A DNA stretch of 64,000 bases, from NCBI RefSeq assembly GCF_964194025.1, contig NC_134482.1:22692001-22756000 (forward strand), in the 5' to 3' direction. Positions within the stretch are counted from its first letter, which is position 1. Every line of letters begins with the position of its first letter. The translations under genes and the position numbers were made by a program. Shown one piece after another: positions 13,560-25,719 of this stretch. The DNA comes from Convolutriloba macropyga. Taxonomy: Eukaryota. The notes beneath the pieces were generated by a model. It was given only the letters and a program-made list of their open reading frames with translations, was not told the DNA's origin and made no database searches.

Positions 13560-15250
13560 AGTGGGATTTAGCTATTTTAAATTCTACGTCTATTAGTATC
13601 CAATAGGATAGTCTGAATTTGAAGGTTAGTTTTGAATGCACTGAATTTGTAGAATTGGCATATATGAAAAGTTGCCTCATGACTACGAGTCCAATCGACA
13701 TGAAGTACTTGTTCCGACCCTCAATAGAACCGCGAAATGAGCGCTGGCCTTTGCGTTTCATTTTCATTCCGGTACCTAATAGATTCTGTGCGGAGAACCG
13801 AAAGCCACAGGATGCGTCTCGTATGCTTTTGCCAAAACCAAATATCTGAGTTTGGTTTGAATGAACAGAACAATACCTCTGTAGATGATTGCATTGCGTA
13901 CGGTCAATGCTTCTCTCTGTTGTTCAAATCCTTTCTCAGCATCCACACTTTGTTTCAAATTTCCACATTTGATTCTTATCTTTAAGTCCCGGAATAGACT
14001 CTTTGTTCCGAGTTCTGTTCTTTTTTCTGTTTGGTCACCAAGTCAGTTTGTGCGAAGTAAGTGTTGTTGATTGCGAAGAACACTCTATCGTTGTCAGATT
14101 GGTCTTCCTCAAAATGCATCCTGCTCAAAGCATCGGCGAGCGGTATCTTCTGTTCTGATGAGTACTTCAACTCGAAATCGAAACTCATCAGAGCTATTGC
14201 ACAATTTGTGATCCTTGCTGTTGCTCTCTTCGGGATCTCCTCGTGCGGCGCATGGAACAATTTGAGTGGTTTTGCATCTTTTTGTAGGGTAAATCATCTT
14301 CGAAATTTTTTCAATTTTGTAACCCCAAAGACTATTGCCTGTGCTAACCGCTCTATGTTTGAGGAATTTTCATCGGGTGGAGTCAATTTCTTCGAGACAT
14401 TGTTAGTGGATGTCCTTCTTGCCAAAGAAGCCCGCCAGCTGCTTTCTCAGATTTGCTTCTACTCTTTTTTGAGAATCATCTCACTTTCTTACATGTGTGG
14501 CTTTTTTATTTATCGCTGGACAAGGTCTGCTAGAATGTGGTGTTCCTAAGCATCTAGTACACAAATTGTTGATTTTGCTATGTGTAATTTTTCCCTTTGG
14601 TTTTCGAAATATGTTTTTGATGTTGTACCCAACTTCTTCTTCCACAGTAAAATGCTTATTGCCTGATGAAGAGCTGGCAAAAGCCATTGCATGACTTCTG
14701 AACTTTAAATTCTCAGTTAATTCAGCAATGGACATTGCTGCAGTTGCTTTAATACCGTCTAGTAGTCTATGTTTGGCGTCATGTTACCTCACCTGGGATT
14801 TTTTTTCACAAACTCCTTCCTGGGATTGGTAACTATTTTGATTTTTTCGAAATCACAATAACGTTCTTCCTCTCTGAGAGCTGCCCAGAAATCGTTGTCT
14901 AATTCCCCTACAGTTTTCATTACGGAGAGAAACTTAGCCCTTTCTGCCGTTACTACTCTCCCCTTTGGAGAAATCTAGTTTCGAATCGCATTTTTGATGT
15001 CTTTAAACGGAGAATCTAATAACTTCCGAGCACTCATTCAGCTCCTAAATTCAGAATTGCTTCTTGTCCTCACATTCTAGGAAAAGCATTCTTTACCTGT
15101 AGTTCCACAATGGTACGTTCTGTGTTGATTATGTCCTGTTTCTTCTATGCACCACTTTTCGCCACAGAAGACATTAACCATGCAGTACAGGATTAAGCGT
15201 TCTGTGGGTCCAAGTTTTGTCGGACATTCGGTGGTCTAGACACAATTGTC
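13560..15250 (-). mobile_element. Decayed, internally deleted Gypsy/Ty3 LTR retrotransposon remnant
   Basis: gag-like ERAKFLS... segment and a Zn-knuckle-like CTRCLGTPHSSRPCPA (14481-14735). RNase H C-terminal motifs ARITNCAIALMSFDFELKY...IPLADALSR (13982-14260). Integrase N-terminus VLAKAYETHP (13776-13958). Protease and RT not found; many frameshifts. Confidence 0.75.
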
Positions 15251-17945
15251 GTTGTCGATAACACAATTGTCGTTGTCGGTAAATTTTCGATTAAATTTTG
15301 TAAATTTTGAACTGAAAATATACAAAAAATAGCTCTTGTCTATAGTATTTAACTATGCAAAAACAAACCATGGAAATTAGGTTTAGCTAAAAATAATTCT
15401 AGTTGATTGACATGTGAATAGATGTTAGTTCCGATTTCCGGGACGTGATTTTCTATTTTCGCTATACTTCATGAGAATAATATACGCCCCTGGCACAATC
15501 GAATTCTTTAGTTAGAGGTCAGTGGATGTTAGCATCAGGTTTCAATGGATGAGAGAATTTAATTTCTGACATCTGATTGATAGGTCAATTAGATACTGAC
15601 AGCGCCAAGACAAAATGCGAATCGAGTTTAGTTTTGTGGCCATTGTTTATCAATATAGCAATACAGTTCGCCAGGTAATTTTTTTGTTTTTTGAAACTTT
15701 AAGAACAGAATTTCTAAGCTTCTTGATGTTCCTTCAAATCCGTCACACTCTGTAAATTGAGATGTTTAAGGTTTAGATTCTAGAAAACTTTATGCAAATG
15801 TTATTTGCTAAAAATTAAATGTCGTTTTAATTATTTAAAAATGCCACAACTATTTTTATCAATTTGAAAAAAAATGTCTTGAGTTAATTCAATTCTTTTT
15901 TAAAGTTTCAAGTCTGCATTGAATCGGTACTTTGTTGTTGATTGTTTGTGCTGATTGTTATTGTTTCAGTATCCTAATTTTCTCAAACTAAGAATTGAAT
16001 TAAAAATGTCTTTATTTTTACACTTATTTCATGACGCCGCAGAGGTACACCAAAATCGTTACTGACAAATTTGTCCAATCTGCATATCTCTTGTTCCTTT
16101 TTGCTATATTAATATATTGAAAATGCAACAATTTTGCCGAAAATAGATACTTTAAATAAAACAGGCAAAGTTGAAGGGAATTGCGCTACACGTGTTCGCA
16201 AAAGTTCCCAAATTTTAACCACGAAATTGATATCCAAGCAGTGTATCCTATTTTTCGCGCGCTATGTATCAGGAATCGATTCGATTTATGTATCTTTTTC
16301 CGCGCGCAAGGTCACTCTATTTCGCTCTGAATGTATCTAATTTTCGCACTGATTGTATATATAATACGCAATTAAGCCTTATTTAATGCGCATTTAGTAA
16401 TTGATAGGAATTAAGTGATTAAAAGCTGTTAACAGGCTAATAATACAACATTTTGGTCTCATATTTATCACAATGTTTTTATTGGATGCGAGTTGTAGGT
16501 CGGGAAATGGAATTGACATCACCCAAAACATCTTTTAGGGATTTCTCAGAAAATTTGACTAACAAATTAGTTTCTGAAAAAATTTTGTTTCTTTTCAGGG
16601 TGCTGGAGAATAAAAATAGCATCAGCTGATATTCTTGATTATTGCCTCACTATTTCTTCATGATTTTAAGGCTTTTATTTGTATATAAGCATCATTGTTT
16701 TGAAATAGTTTTATTACAATTTAACAAATGAAATAATTTTTGAAAAATCCCTTAGTTTCACATTTTTCTTTTTTTGCTCTATGGTTGAATTGGCTATTTC
16801 ATCAAGGAAATCTATCATTTAGGTAAATTTTTCTATCTATAAAACGAAGTTTTGTCCTTTACTAACTTATTAAATCCTCTTGTTTGTCCATAAAAATGTA
16901 GGATTGGACAGAGGGAAATTTCGGTAAAAAAATCACATGTGAATTGATACTTTTTTTAAATTTTTTCTTGCTTAACTTGAATTAATAAGTGATTTGCTTT
17001 TGAACTCAGCAAATGAATTGTTATAAAGAATTTGTTCAATTTTTTTGCTTCTATTTACAGTTTTACAGTTACAGGTGTCTATCATTTGCTTCTGAAAAAT
17101 CCCTCAATTCTGCGTCTGTTTTGAATGTCTATTTTTTTCTGAATAATCCCTCCATTGCTGGACCGCATTTGCGTCTTTTTACAGGTTTACAGGGGTCTAA
17201 TATTTTTTGAATCAACATTTTTTTCCGCATACTTACAGGTTTATAGATATCCAGTAATTTTAAAGCTTCCGTCCTGGTGGTGTATCTGCTGCAATGGTAC
17301 TGGAAAGGAAAAAGGTGTATATCACATATCAAATGACTTCCACTGAAAAACAACAAAAACCAAAGTTCTAAACAGATATTTTTGTCGCGTCATGAATTGC
17401 ATCTTTAAATCACATTGAAAGCTTCCATTCACTTTTGTATGCTCCATCAATAAAGCTGTAAATTACTTTTGCATGCTTAAAAACGCGCTTTTAATTAGCC
17501 TCAATTGCGAATTAGAGACAAATTTACTGCGAAAAATAGATGCCTAAAATGAGCGGAAACGCGCTACAAGAGTTGTCACCTATTTTACAAATACAAAGTA
17601 TCCTAATTTTGCAAAAATGACGTAACTCCCTTTTGAGAAAAATAGGATACAAAGCTTGTCTCCTAATTTCGTTCATTTTGTGTATCTATTTTTCTCCCAA
17701 TTTTTACTCAGGCGGAAATATTACCTCTGCGTCGCAATGTTAGAAGTCACATTTCTAAGTAAATCTTGATTACAGTCTCTTTACTTGTTGGTTGAGTTTG
17801 CATGGATCGTGTAACCCATTGAAGATATTACAGGAAAACTCTTTAGTGATATTCTGCGTAAACTTAGAGGAAAACAAAAATAAAATATTTTTCAACGACG
17901 AGAAAATGAAACAAAAGTGTGATTGAAAAAAATTGAGTTTTGAGA

Positions 17946-18964
17946 TCAGTTCTGGTAAACTTTCTTAGGCAACATTGCAGCTCCTACGAGTCCAATTGTA
18001 ATGTAGATCAAACAGATTCCAGTGACGTAATGTTGGTCATAATCTGCCAGGTCCACTGTCAAGTAAGGCAAAACAGGCAGTGTGAAATACATGAAAAATG
18101 TACACACTCCAAACAGAGTTGCTCTCACTTTAGTGGGCAGAAGTCCGGATAGCCGTAGCCACATGTTCAAATTTACGACCTGGTTAAGAACCTTGATGAG
18201 AGAAATTATAAAAAGTGCTGACGTAACAGATGGGCATGAGAAAAGAATTGTAGTCAATAGAAAATTGATGCTGTATGAAAGTATAGCAGTAACTTTCAAA
18301 CTGACTCCACTTTTGAGCACGGGAATTACAACTATAACCGCTATGACCTCGCCTAAAACTGTCAATAACATTAATAGATAATCTTCCCCGTCCAAGTAAA
18401 CTTTCCGAACGGATAATTTCGAGCAGTAGTAATTTCGACCTTCTGAAAATACGAATTCGTTTTTGATGAAAACCATTCCGTAGTTTATAAATCGGGTCGT
18501 TGTTCCAATCAATGCTATGCATAACATACTTCTCAAAATTTCTTTATTTTGCACAGCTTGTTTTACGTTTTGCCAGAAAGTAGAGTTGTCTTCTTCAATA
18601 GAGCCAAGCTCGGGTTCACGAATTAAGGAAAAACTGCCCGGAAGTTCCTTTTTGTTACTCTTGGCAATCTTTTCGAGAATTTTGAACGCCTTTTCACTGT
18701 TGCCGGTGTGAACTAAATAACGAGGAGATTCCTCCAAAACGAATACAGAAAGTACACAGAATATTATAAGTGGTATTGATGTTATTGCCAAGTAAATTCG
18801 CCACAAGTCTGTGTTGTTCATGAAAGAGAGAAGGTACCCGATGAAAATTGGGAAGGTGCCGGCGAAGACGTACCCCCCAACTTGGTTGCCCGATAGAGGT
18901 CCCACCCATTGGAATTTGGTAGGCAAGTACTCGTAGTAATACGTCATAGTGATGTTTGTCACGC
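17946..18964 (-). CDS. MFS transporter, SV2/SVOP-like (SLC22-related), exon 2
   Basis: Acceptor TTTCAG ends at 18965 on the minus strand, giving a phase-1 join (G|GC = Gly) in frame with the 338-aa ORF. Motifs YEYLP, WR and ESPRYL, multiple TM helices, and LPTKVRAT in the C-terminal half. Confidence 0.9.
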
Positions 18965-19264
18965 CTGAAACAGATGCTTCTCAAACAATACCTCTTTACA
19001 ATACCTTCCTTAAGCTGTATCCTGCCCGGTATATAAATTTCACATGCCTCTAATGAGAAAAACAACTCATATGAACGTTTTAAATACAACACAAAGGAAT
19101 TTCAATTCCAATCAGATGAAACTAGTGCGGCCGTTTTGCCATTAATAACGTACTGACTGTTATCTTCGCTACATTCGAAGCAGTAACTTTCGGAAATATT
19201 CCGCAGAAAAGTCGGAGAGATGCAAATCTACACCACTAATTTTCAATAAATTTTGATACTGATT

Positions 19265-19763
19265 CCCGGGTCAAGGTTTGGCGGTGAATTTTCGTACGAA
19301 ATGCGGTGAAAAAAAATTTCACCGCGTGTTTCTTACATCTTTTTGCGGTAAATCGCGGTGAATTATTTATTTTCACCGCGTTCTCACAAAAATGATTCGG
19401 CACCACACGGGTTCGAACCTCTGACCTCCTGCATGCCTTCAAATGCTAAGTCAACTGCTCCAACTGTCACTAACATCTTGTGAATTTAAATCAGATTGAG
19501 TAAACTTTGGAAATCATATGCCGTGAATTTTTACATGAAATGTGGTGAATTATTTTTTTCACCGCTTTCACCGCATTTCTTACATTAATGTGCCACAAAA
19601 GTCGATGCGGCGAATTTTTGCAAGAATTGTGGTGAATTTTTGTAGGAAATGCGGTGAAATGCAGTGAAATATTTATTTTCACCGCAATCACCGCATTTCT
19701 TACAAAAATTCACCGCATTCACCGCATTTCTTACAAAAATATACCCAAAAACCTCGACCCGGG
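19265..19763. mobile_element. Non-autonomous CMC/EnSpm-like element in the transporter intron
   Basis: 15-bp TIR CCCGGGTC(A/G)AGGTTT and 2-bp TSD TT/TT. Subterminal TTCACCGC/GCGGTGAA repeats. Internal tRNA-like segment at 19398-19470 (minus strand, GGTTCGAACCC). Confidence 0.7.
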
Positions 19764-20072
19764 TTTTTTAAAACTCAACGCAAATTTAAAAGCCACTTGG
19801 TTAAGGTTACATGCTTGAAATTAATATTAAAAAAAAACATTATTAATTTCTCTCAAACAAAGTTTATTCCAATTATGTTAGTCTTGTGGTCTTTTTTATG
19901 CGATTTTTCGCTCGACCAATGTTTCCTCTGATCCACTGAACCTGTTTAGGAGACGTAAATTCTTGGTGTAAAGGGTAGTTCGTACGAGTATGAGCCCATC
20001 ACTTCACCCCCCCCCCCCCCCCCCCCCCCCCCGGCCAGTCATTTGAGAGCAATTCGCCCGACGTTAATTTAC

Positions 20073-20664
20073 CTCCAGCAAATGAGAATATTAATCTGAA
20101 GAGAATGAGCCACATTGCAGTTGGAGAAGCACAACACATGTAACTCCAGATCATCGCCCAGACTCCGGACAATATCACAGCTGGCTTGCGACCATGCTGG
20201 TCTGCAAAATAACCCCATAGTGGGTAACTCAGGGCAAATCCAGCATCCGTGGCCGCGTTCAGCCCGTTTTCGCGACTAATATCCACATCCAAATCGTTTA
20301 CCATCATAGTGAACAAAATAGGAGTCAATTGAACCATGCTGAACTCGCTGAAGAACGCGAGTAGAAGCACTGACAAATGAAGTGCATGTGACTTCCCGAA
20401 TCCTAATCTGTCCATGACTTCGGATGTCGTGTACTCGGCACCTTCCTTAAAAGGAAAAAGAGAATCCGAATCACTTGATGGGTCACTAGAAGTCCACTCA
20501 ATAATTCCGAGTAGACTGCTGTTAGTACTCTCGGGGTAACTCGTAGAGGGAGAAGGGTCTTCTGTGAACTCACTCGAACCCTGCCCCGGGTTGTCCTCAT
20601 CTGGGCTGTCGCCTTCTTCCCAAACAAGCTCACCTTTCTTCACTAATTTCCTGTATGCACCCAT
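20073..20664 (-). CDS. MFS transporter, SV2/SVOP-like, exon 1
   Basis: ATG at 20664, acidic N-terminal tail, MDRLGFGKSH, MFS motif A GYFADQHGRK, FRLIF. Donor G|GTAAAT at 20072 gives a 1108-bp intron; the spliced CDS is 1611 nt (536 aa). Confidence 0.9.
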
Positions 20665-21185
20665 GTGATCAGTTGTAAATGTAAATTATTTCACGTGTTG
20701 ATTATCGATTCACGTTTTTTCAACATCAATCCTCGAGAAAGAGGCGTACGCGATCGAAAGATAGCTGAGATTGAGAAAAAATAGATATGAAAAGAGCACG
20801 AGTAAAATCAGTTCAAAAACGTTAATATTATTATTAATAATAATAACATAATATGATATAGTCAAACTTGAATTTAGATCAGTTCACTGTAACTTTGATT
20901 GTAAAAAAGCTCAGTAGCGAATAAAATTGTACTAGCAAAGCATTAGTTTTTATTCAGAAGTCAGAAAACAACAACTAAACAATCATTCTTTTTATTCAGC
21001 TGCTTTATATTACAGTCAAACATCGCTAATATAGCTCATGATCAAAAGAATTATGTATATTGGATACATTCCACTTTTGCCTGAGGGTAAAAACCATTGA
21101 ATTGTGACCAATACGTTGGCTGGCTCTAAACGTTTCTATTTTAATTATTTCTTTATTTTGAGGTGAAAAGGTGACACTAAATGTG

Positions 21186-21293
21186 AGTAGTGGGAAAAAG
21201 GGGCTATCCAGACCAAAAACTCAACCCTAACGGGTATTCGTTTTTAACAGGATAAATGCCCCTTTTTCCCACTACTACATATAAACATTACTT
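21186..21293 (+). repeat. Polinton left TIR (108 bp), internally palindromic
   Basis: Matches the reverse complement of 41335-41442 with 9 mismatches (manual count). 21186-21204 is the exact reverse complement of 21258-21276. Confidence 0.95.
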
Positions 21294-21439
21294 AAAAATA
21301 TATAAAAATTCACTCATTACAAAAATAAAAGCGAAATCCCTCTTTTAATAGTGAAATCACCCTTTAAGAGGGTATCCCCCACTATAGGAGTGATGCCTGA
21401 GTACAAAATTACACCTTTTCACACTTAAGAATGAATTCC

Positions 21440-22290
21440 TTCTTTTTATTAAAATTATTAAATATTTTATTTTTTTATTTTAATTTTTATTAAATTTTGA
21501 TAAATTTATATTTTCTTTTACTTTATCTATATTTATAATATTATTAATACTACTATTTTTATTTATCTATTCTCTTTGATAAAATTTATAATCTCTTTTA
21601 CTTTATTTATATCTATACTATTATTTATTTTTTATTTATACTATTATTTGTTATTTATCTATACTCTTTGAAAAATTTATATTCTCTTTTACTTTATTTA
21701 TATCTATACTATTATTTATTTTTTATTTATCTATGCTCTTTGATAAATTTATATTCTCTTTTACTTTATTTACAGCTATACTATTGTTTATTTTTTATTT
21801 ATACTAAAATATTTTATTTATCTGTACTCTTTGATAAATTTATATTCTCTTTTACTTTATTTCTTCTATTTATACTATTATTTTTTTATCTTTACTCGTT
21901 GATAAATTTATATTCTCTTTTACTTTATTTATATCTATTCTATTATTTATTTTTTATTTATCTATGCTCTTTGATAAATTTATATTCTGTTTTACTTTAT
22001 TTATTTTATTTATACTATTATTTTTTATTTATCTATACTCTTTGATAAACTTTTATAATCTCTTCTATTTTGTTTATTATTTATTTATCCTATTTTTGTT
22101 TATTTTATTTATACTATTATCTATTTTTTAATTATCTATGCTCTTTGATAAAAAATTTATATTCTCTTTTATTTTATTTCCTTTATTTATATCTATACAA
22201 TTATTTATTATTTATATCTATACTATTATTTATTTATTTAAACTATTATTTATTTATACTATTATTTCTTATTTTCAAATTATCTATGCC
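21440..22290. repeat. AT-rich subterminal tandem repeat (~70-90 bp units) of the Polinton
   Basis: Repeated CTCTTTGATAAATTTATATTCTCTTTTACTTTATTTATATCTATACTATT blocks. Confidence 0.85.
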
Positions 22291-22329
22291 CTTTAATATA
22301 TTTGTATTCCCTTTTAATTTGTCTACATC

Positions 22330-23203
22330 TATACCATTATTAATAAGAAAGGTTGCTAAATTATAATATTTACATGAACAATTTTCCCCAATTTGAGTAT
22401 CAACAGATCTTTCATTTAAATTTTTAGTAAATCCTAGGTAAATCTACATCCGTGTGTTGTTTCTTTATATGTGTCCATGTCCCACCATATCTCACAACAG
22501 AAGGACAATATAGACAATTAACTTTAGCTGAAGTACAAATTCTACATGTATACTTACTTTCATCAAAATCAGCTAGTGTTTTTAAAGAATAACATCTATA
22601 ACAATTTCTAGTTTAAGCTTTATTATTTCTAGCATTAGCCTTAACATTAACATTTGGATTTGGATTTGGATTAGCATTCAGATTAACATTTGGATTTGGA
22701 TTGGCATTAACATTAACATTTGGATTTGGATTAGCATTAACATTAACATTTGGATTTGGATTTGGGTTAACATTAACATTTGGATTTGGATTAACATTAA
22801 CATTTGGATTTGGATTTGAATTAGCATTAACATTAACATTTGGATTTGGAATAGGAGTAGGATTAGGAATAGAATCAGAATTAGAATTAGAATCAGAATT
22901 AGAATAAGAATTAGAATTAGAAGAATTAGAATCAGTATTAGAATTAGAATTAGAATCAGAATCAGAATTAGAATTAGAATTAGAATCAGAATTAGATTTA
23001 GAATTAGAGTTAGAGTTAGAGCTAGGACCTTTTGAAGCAACTCCCCTTATCTTTGAATAGGCAATACTAATGCAAACACCTCTCAAAAATTTACTTCCAC
23101 TTACACACTTACGAATTTTATCCTTATGATTCATTTTATAATGAAAAAGTAAATTCAAGGGAAATCCACTTTTATAATTACACTCTAAACATGCTGCTCC
23201 CAT
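22330..23203 (-). pseudogene. Polinton accessory zinc-finger protein with NS/NP/NV low-complexity linker
   Basis: N-terminal C2H2-like [22 protein letters not shown]. After the stop at 22613 the same frame continues CYRC...CRIC...CLYC...HIKKQH. Confidence 0.6.
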
Positions 23204-23357
23204 TATTTATAAGGAATCAAAATTTTATATATATATAATTATTCAAAAATATTTGTATCTAATCAAACTCTTATAACTAGTTAAACTTTTGGATAAACTT
23301 TTGGATAAACTTTTGGATAATCTCTTGTAACTAGTTAAACTTTAAACTATAATATAT

Positions 23358-23678
23358 TTATATTTCAAAATATTTATAACTAGCTATAATTCCAACTAAA
23401 TCTGTAGCACAATCTATAGAGAAGGCAAACTTAGCTTGAGTTTCCATTCCTAACTTATTAAGAGTATTATGTTCATATCTTTTATATAAAATCTTTTCAT
23501 TACTCAATTCGGCTTTATCTCCAATAAAATATATAATTTCATCTCTAAAATTTGGATTATTATTATATAGTTCATTTAAATCATCTCTACAATTTTTTAA
23601 AGCTTCAGTTTCTTCAAACATATACTCTTCTTGTTTAGTCCAATATTTATATATGGGTGAAATCTCATGGCTATGCAT
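23358..23678 (-). CDS. Polinton accessory ORF, unknown function
   Basis: 106-aa ORF with globular-protein composition directly downstream of ATPase 1; no recognisable motif. Confidence 0.45.
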   Translation of the reverse strand: MHSHEISPIYKYWTKQEEYMFEETEALKNCRDDLNELYNNNPNFRDEIIYFIGDKAELSNEKILYKRYEHNTLNKLGMETQAKFAFSIDCATDLVGIIASYKYFEI

Positions 23679-23729
23679 GGATGAAGTCCCATGGCTATGT
23701 GTGGACGAAGTCCCATCATGTTCTTCACA

Positions 23730-24566
23730 TTAAGCAAAGCTTGCTAATGTATTTGTTCTATTTATCAAATGGCCTGCTTGTGTTGTCACTTGTGCTGCAG
23801 CCCTTACTGTTGGATCAGGTTTTAAAATATTATATATCCATAAGAGGAAACCCACAAACCCTATTTTACTTCCTCCATACTTTAGACAATTAGCTACAAA
23901 CTTTTTTTTTGTTAGAACATCATTCTGAATCTTAATACCTTCTGATATAAGAAGTTTATTAAAATCGAACTGATAGTTATCTGTATGAACAGTAATTCTA
24001 TCTGTAGCACTATTCATTAATGGTTTAATATACGCTATAAGTTTATTTATCTCATCAGTTTCAAAAATATCTTTTAAACTAAGAGCTTTAAGGTCTAGGA
24101 AAACAAATCTTGAGTCGTACATCATACTTCTATTCCTATCAATAATAATAAAAGTATCCTCTTTAACATTATATTCAATCATACCATAACGAAGTTCAGG
24201 AGCCATTCCGTCTGTACAATTATAATAACAATTATTTAACTCACTATTTGTACCATGGAAGTTTTTTGTTTTATTACCCATATCATCAAGAACAATTACA
24301 CAGTTTTCAAAATTATCTATATTTTTTGATGTGATCTCTTTTATATCACACAAAATAAATTCGTCATAGGGTATACGAGTTTCTGGATTTATCCAATCTC
24401 TTTCATCTTTACATAATTTGATTATGGACCTCTGGTCATGCTCTTGATCTTGATACAACTTTAAATATCGTCTGACAAAATATGTTTTTCCTCTACCAGT
24501 ACCACCATAAACAGTAGTATGTAACGGCGACTTTTCTAATTCAAATCTAAATAGACTTTTATTCAT
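23730..24566 (-). CDS. A32/FtsK-type packaging ATPase 1 (apparently internally deleted)
   Basis: Walker A GGTGRGKT and Walker B VIVLDD. The expected GRH arginine-finger segment after Walker B is missing. Confidence 0.75.
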   Translation of the reverse strand: MNKSLFRFELEKSPLHTTVYGGTGRGKTYFVRRYLKLYQDQEHDQRSIIKLCKDERDWINPETRIPYDEFILCDIKEITSKNIDNFENCVIVLDDMGNKTKNFHGTNSELNNCYYNCTDGMAPELRYGMIEYNVKEDTFIIIDRNRSMMYDSRFVFLDLKALSLKDIFETDEINKLIAYIKPLMNSATDRITVHTDNYQFDFNKLLISEGIKIQNDVLTKKKFVANCLKYGGSKIGFVGFLLWIYNILKPDPTVRAAAQVTTQAGHLINRTNTLASFA

Positions 24567-25033
24567 AAACCCACCGAAACTTTCCTATAGTTTGGTATAT
24601 TTTATTGGCATGTCATCATATATTATATAACAAACCACTGCTATTAACACAAGTATAAGAATTATTAAATCTGTTTCCGTTTTTATATATGAAATATAGA
24701 CTTATAATTAGACTTAGACTTAGACATAGACTGAGACTTATAATTAGAGTTAAAATTAGAGTTATAATTAGGCTTAAACGTGGACTTATAATTAGACTTA
24801 GGCTTAGACTTATAATTAGAGTTATAATTAGACTTAGACATGGACTTATGGTTAGACTTAGGATTATAATTAGAGTTATAATTAAAGTTATAATTAGAGT
24901 TAAAATTAGAGTTATAATTAGAGGTGTAATTAGAGTTCTAATTAGACTTATAATTAGAGTTATAATTAGACTTATAATTGGAATTATAATTAGACTTAGA
25001 CTTATAATTAAATGAATATTTATCATATTAAAA

Positions 25034-25450
25034 ATGCTTATCCTAACTTTTGATGAATTTAATATTAGATTTGGTATTGATGATAAAGCTATGAGTATTA
25101 TCAGAATAGAAGATATAAGTAAAAATATAACTATAATACCAATTGAGGTAGTAATGAGAGATCAGACACCACTTACTATCAATGACGATGACTTCAGCAT
25201 TATTGTTAATCTACATCCAACTGATGGTACACATTGGGTGTTAGTTAGAAGGAGAGGTGGAAAAATTTATTACTTTGACAGTTTTGGTGTTGAGACTCCA
25301 TCATTATTCTTAGAAGAATATGTTGATTTAGGCTCTAAGGAGAGAATACAACAATATGATGAATCTTATTGTGGTGCTTATTGTTTTTATATGATCTATC
25401 TTTTTGATAATGGATATAGAATAAAAGGGGGCTTTGAATACTCTAGTTAA
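25034..25450 (+). CDS. Adenain-like (C5 family) cysteine protease
   Basis: GTHWV, YYFDSFG, IQQ and YCGAYC motifs; catalytic H, D, Q and C all present. Confidence 0.93.
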   Translation: MLILTFDEFNIRFGIDDKAMSIIRIEDISKNITIIPIEVVMRDQTPLTINDDDFSIIVNLHPTDGTHWVLVRRRGGKIYYFDSFGVETPSLFLEEYVDLGSKERIQQYDESYCGAYCFYMIYLFDNGYRIKGGFEYSS

Positions 25451-25719
25451 TCAAATTAAAAGTCCAGGTGGGTATAATAAGTGTCCGTGTTTATGTTGTA
25501 AAGATAGAGTCAATGTCAATGTCAATGACAATGTTAATGATAATGACAATGACATGTTAATGACAATGTTAATGACAATGGCAATGTTAATGGTAATGTT
25601 AATGACAATGGTAATGATAATGTCAATGGTAATGGTAATGGTAATGTTAATGACAATGACATTGGTAACGACAATGGTAAGGCCAATGTTAATGTTAATA
25701 ACAATGACAATGGAAATAG

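Noticed and set aside
19999-20072. Gly-rich C-terminus of ORF 19999-20664
   Set aside because: This is read-through into the intron past the GT donor at 20072.
21668-22366. L/Y/F-rich ORFs in the Polinton left end
   Set aside because: These are translations of an AT-rich tandem repeat.
24616-25026. I/L/R-rich ORFs on both strands (also 22678-23040, 22701-22907, 25451-25786)
   Set aside because: These are stop-free readings of hexamer microsatellites, not credible proteins.
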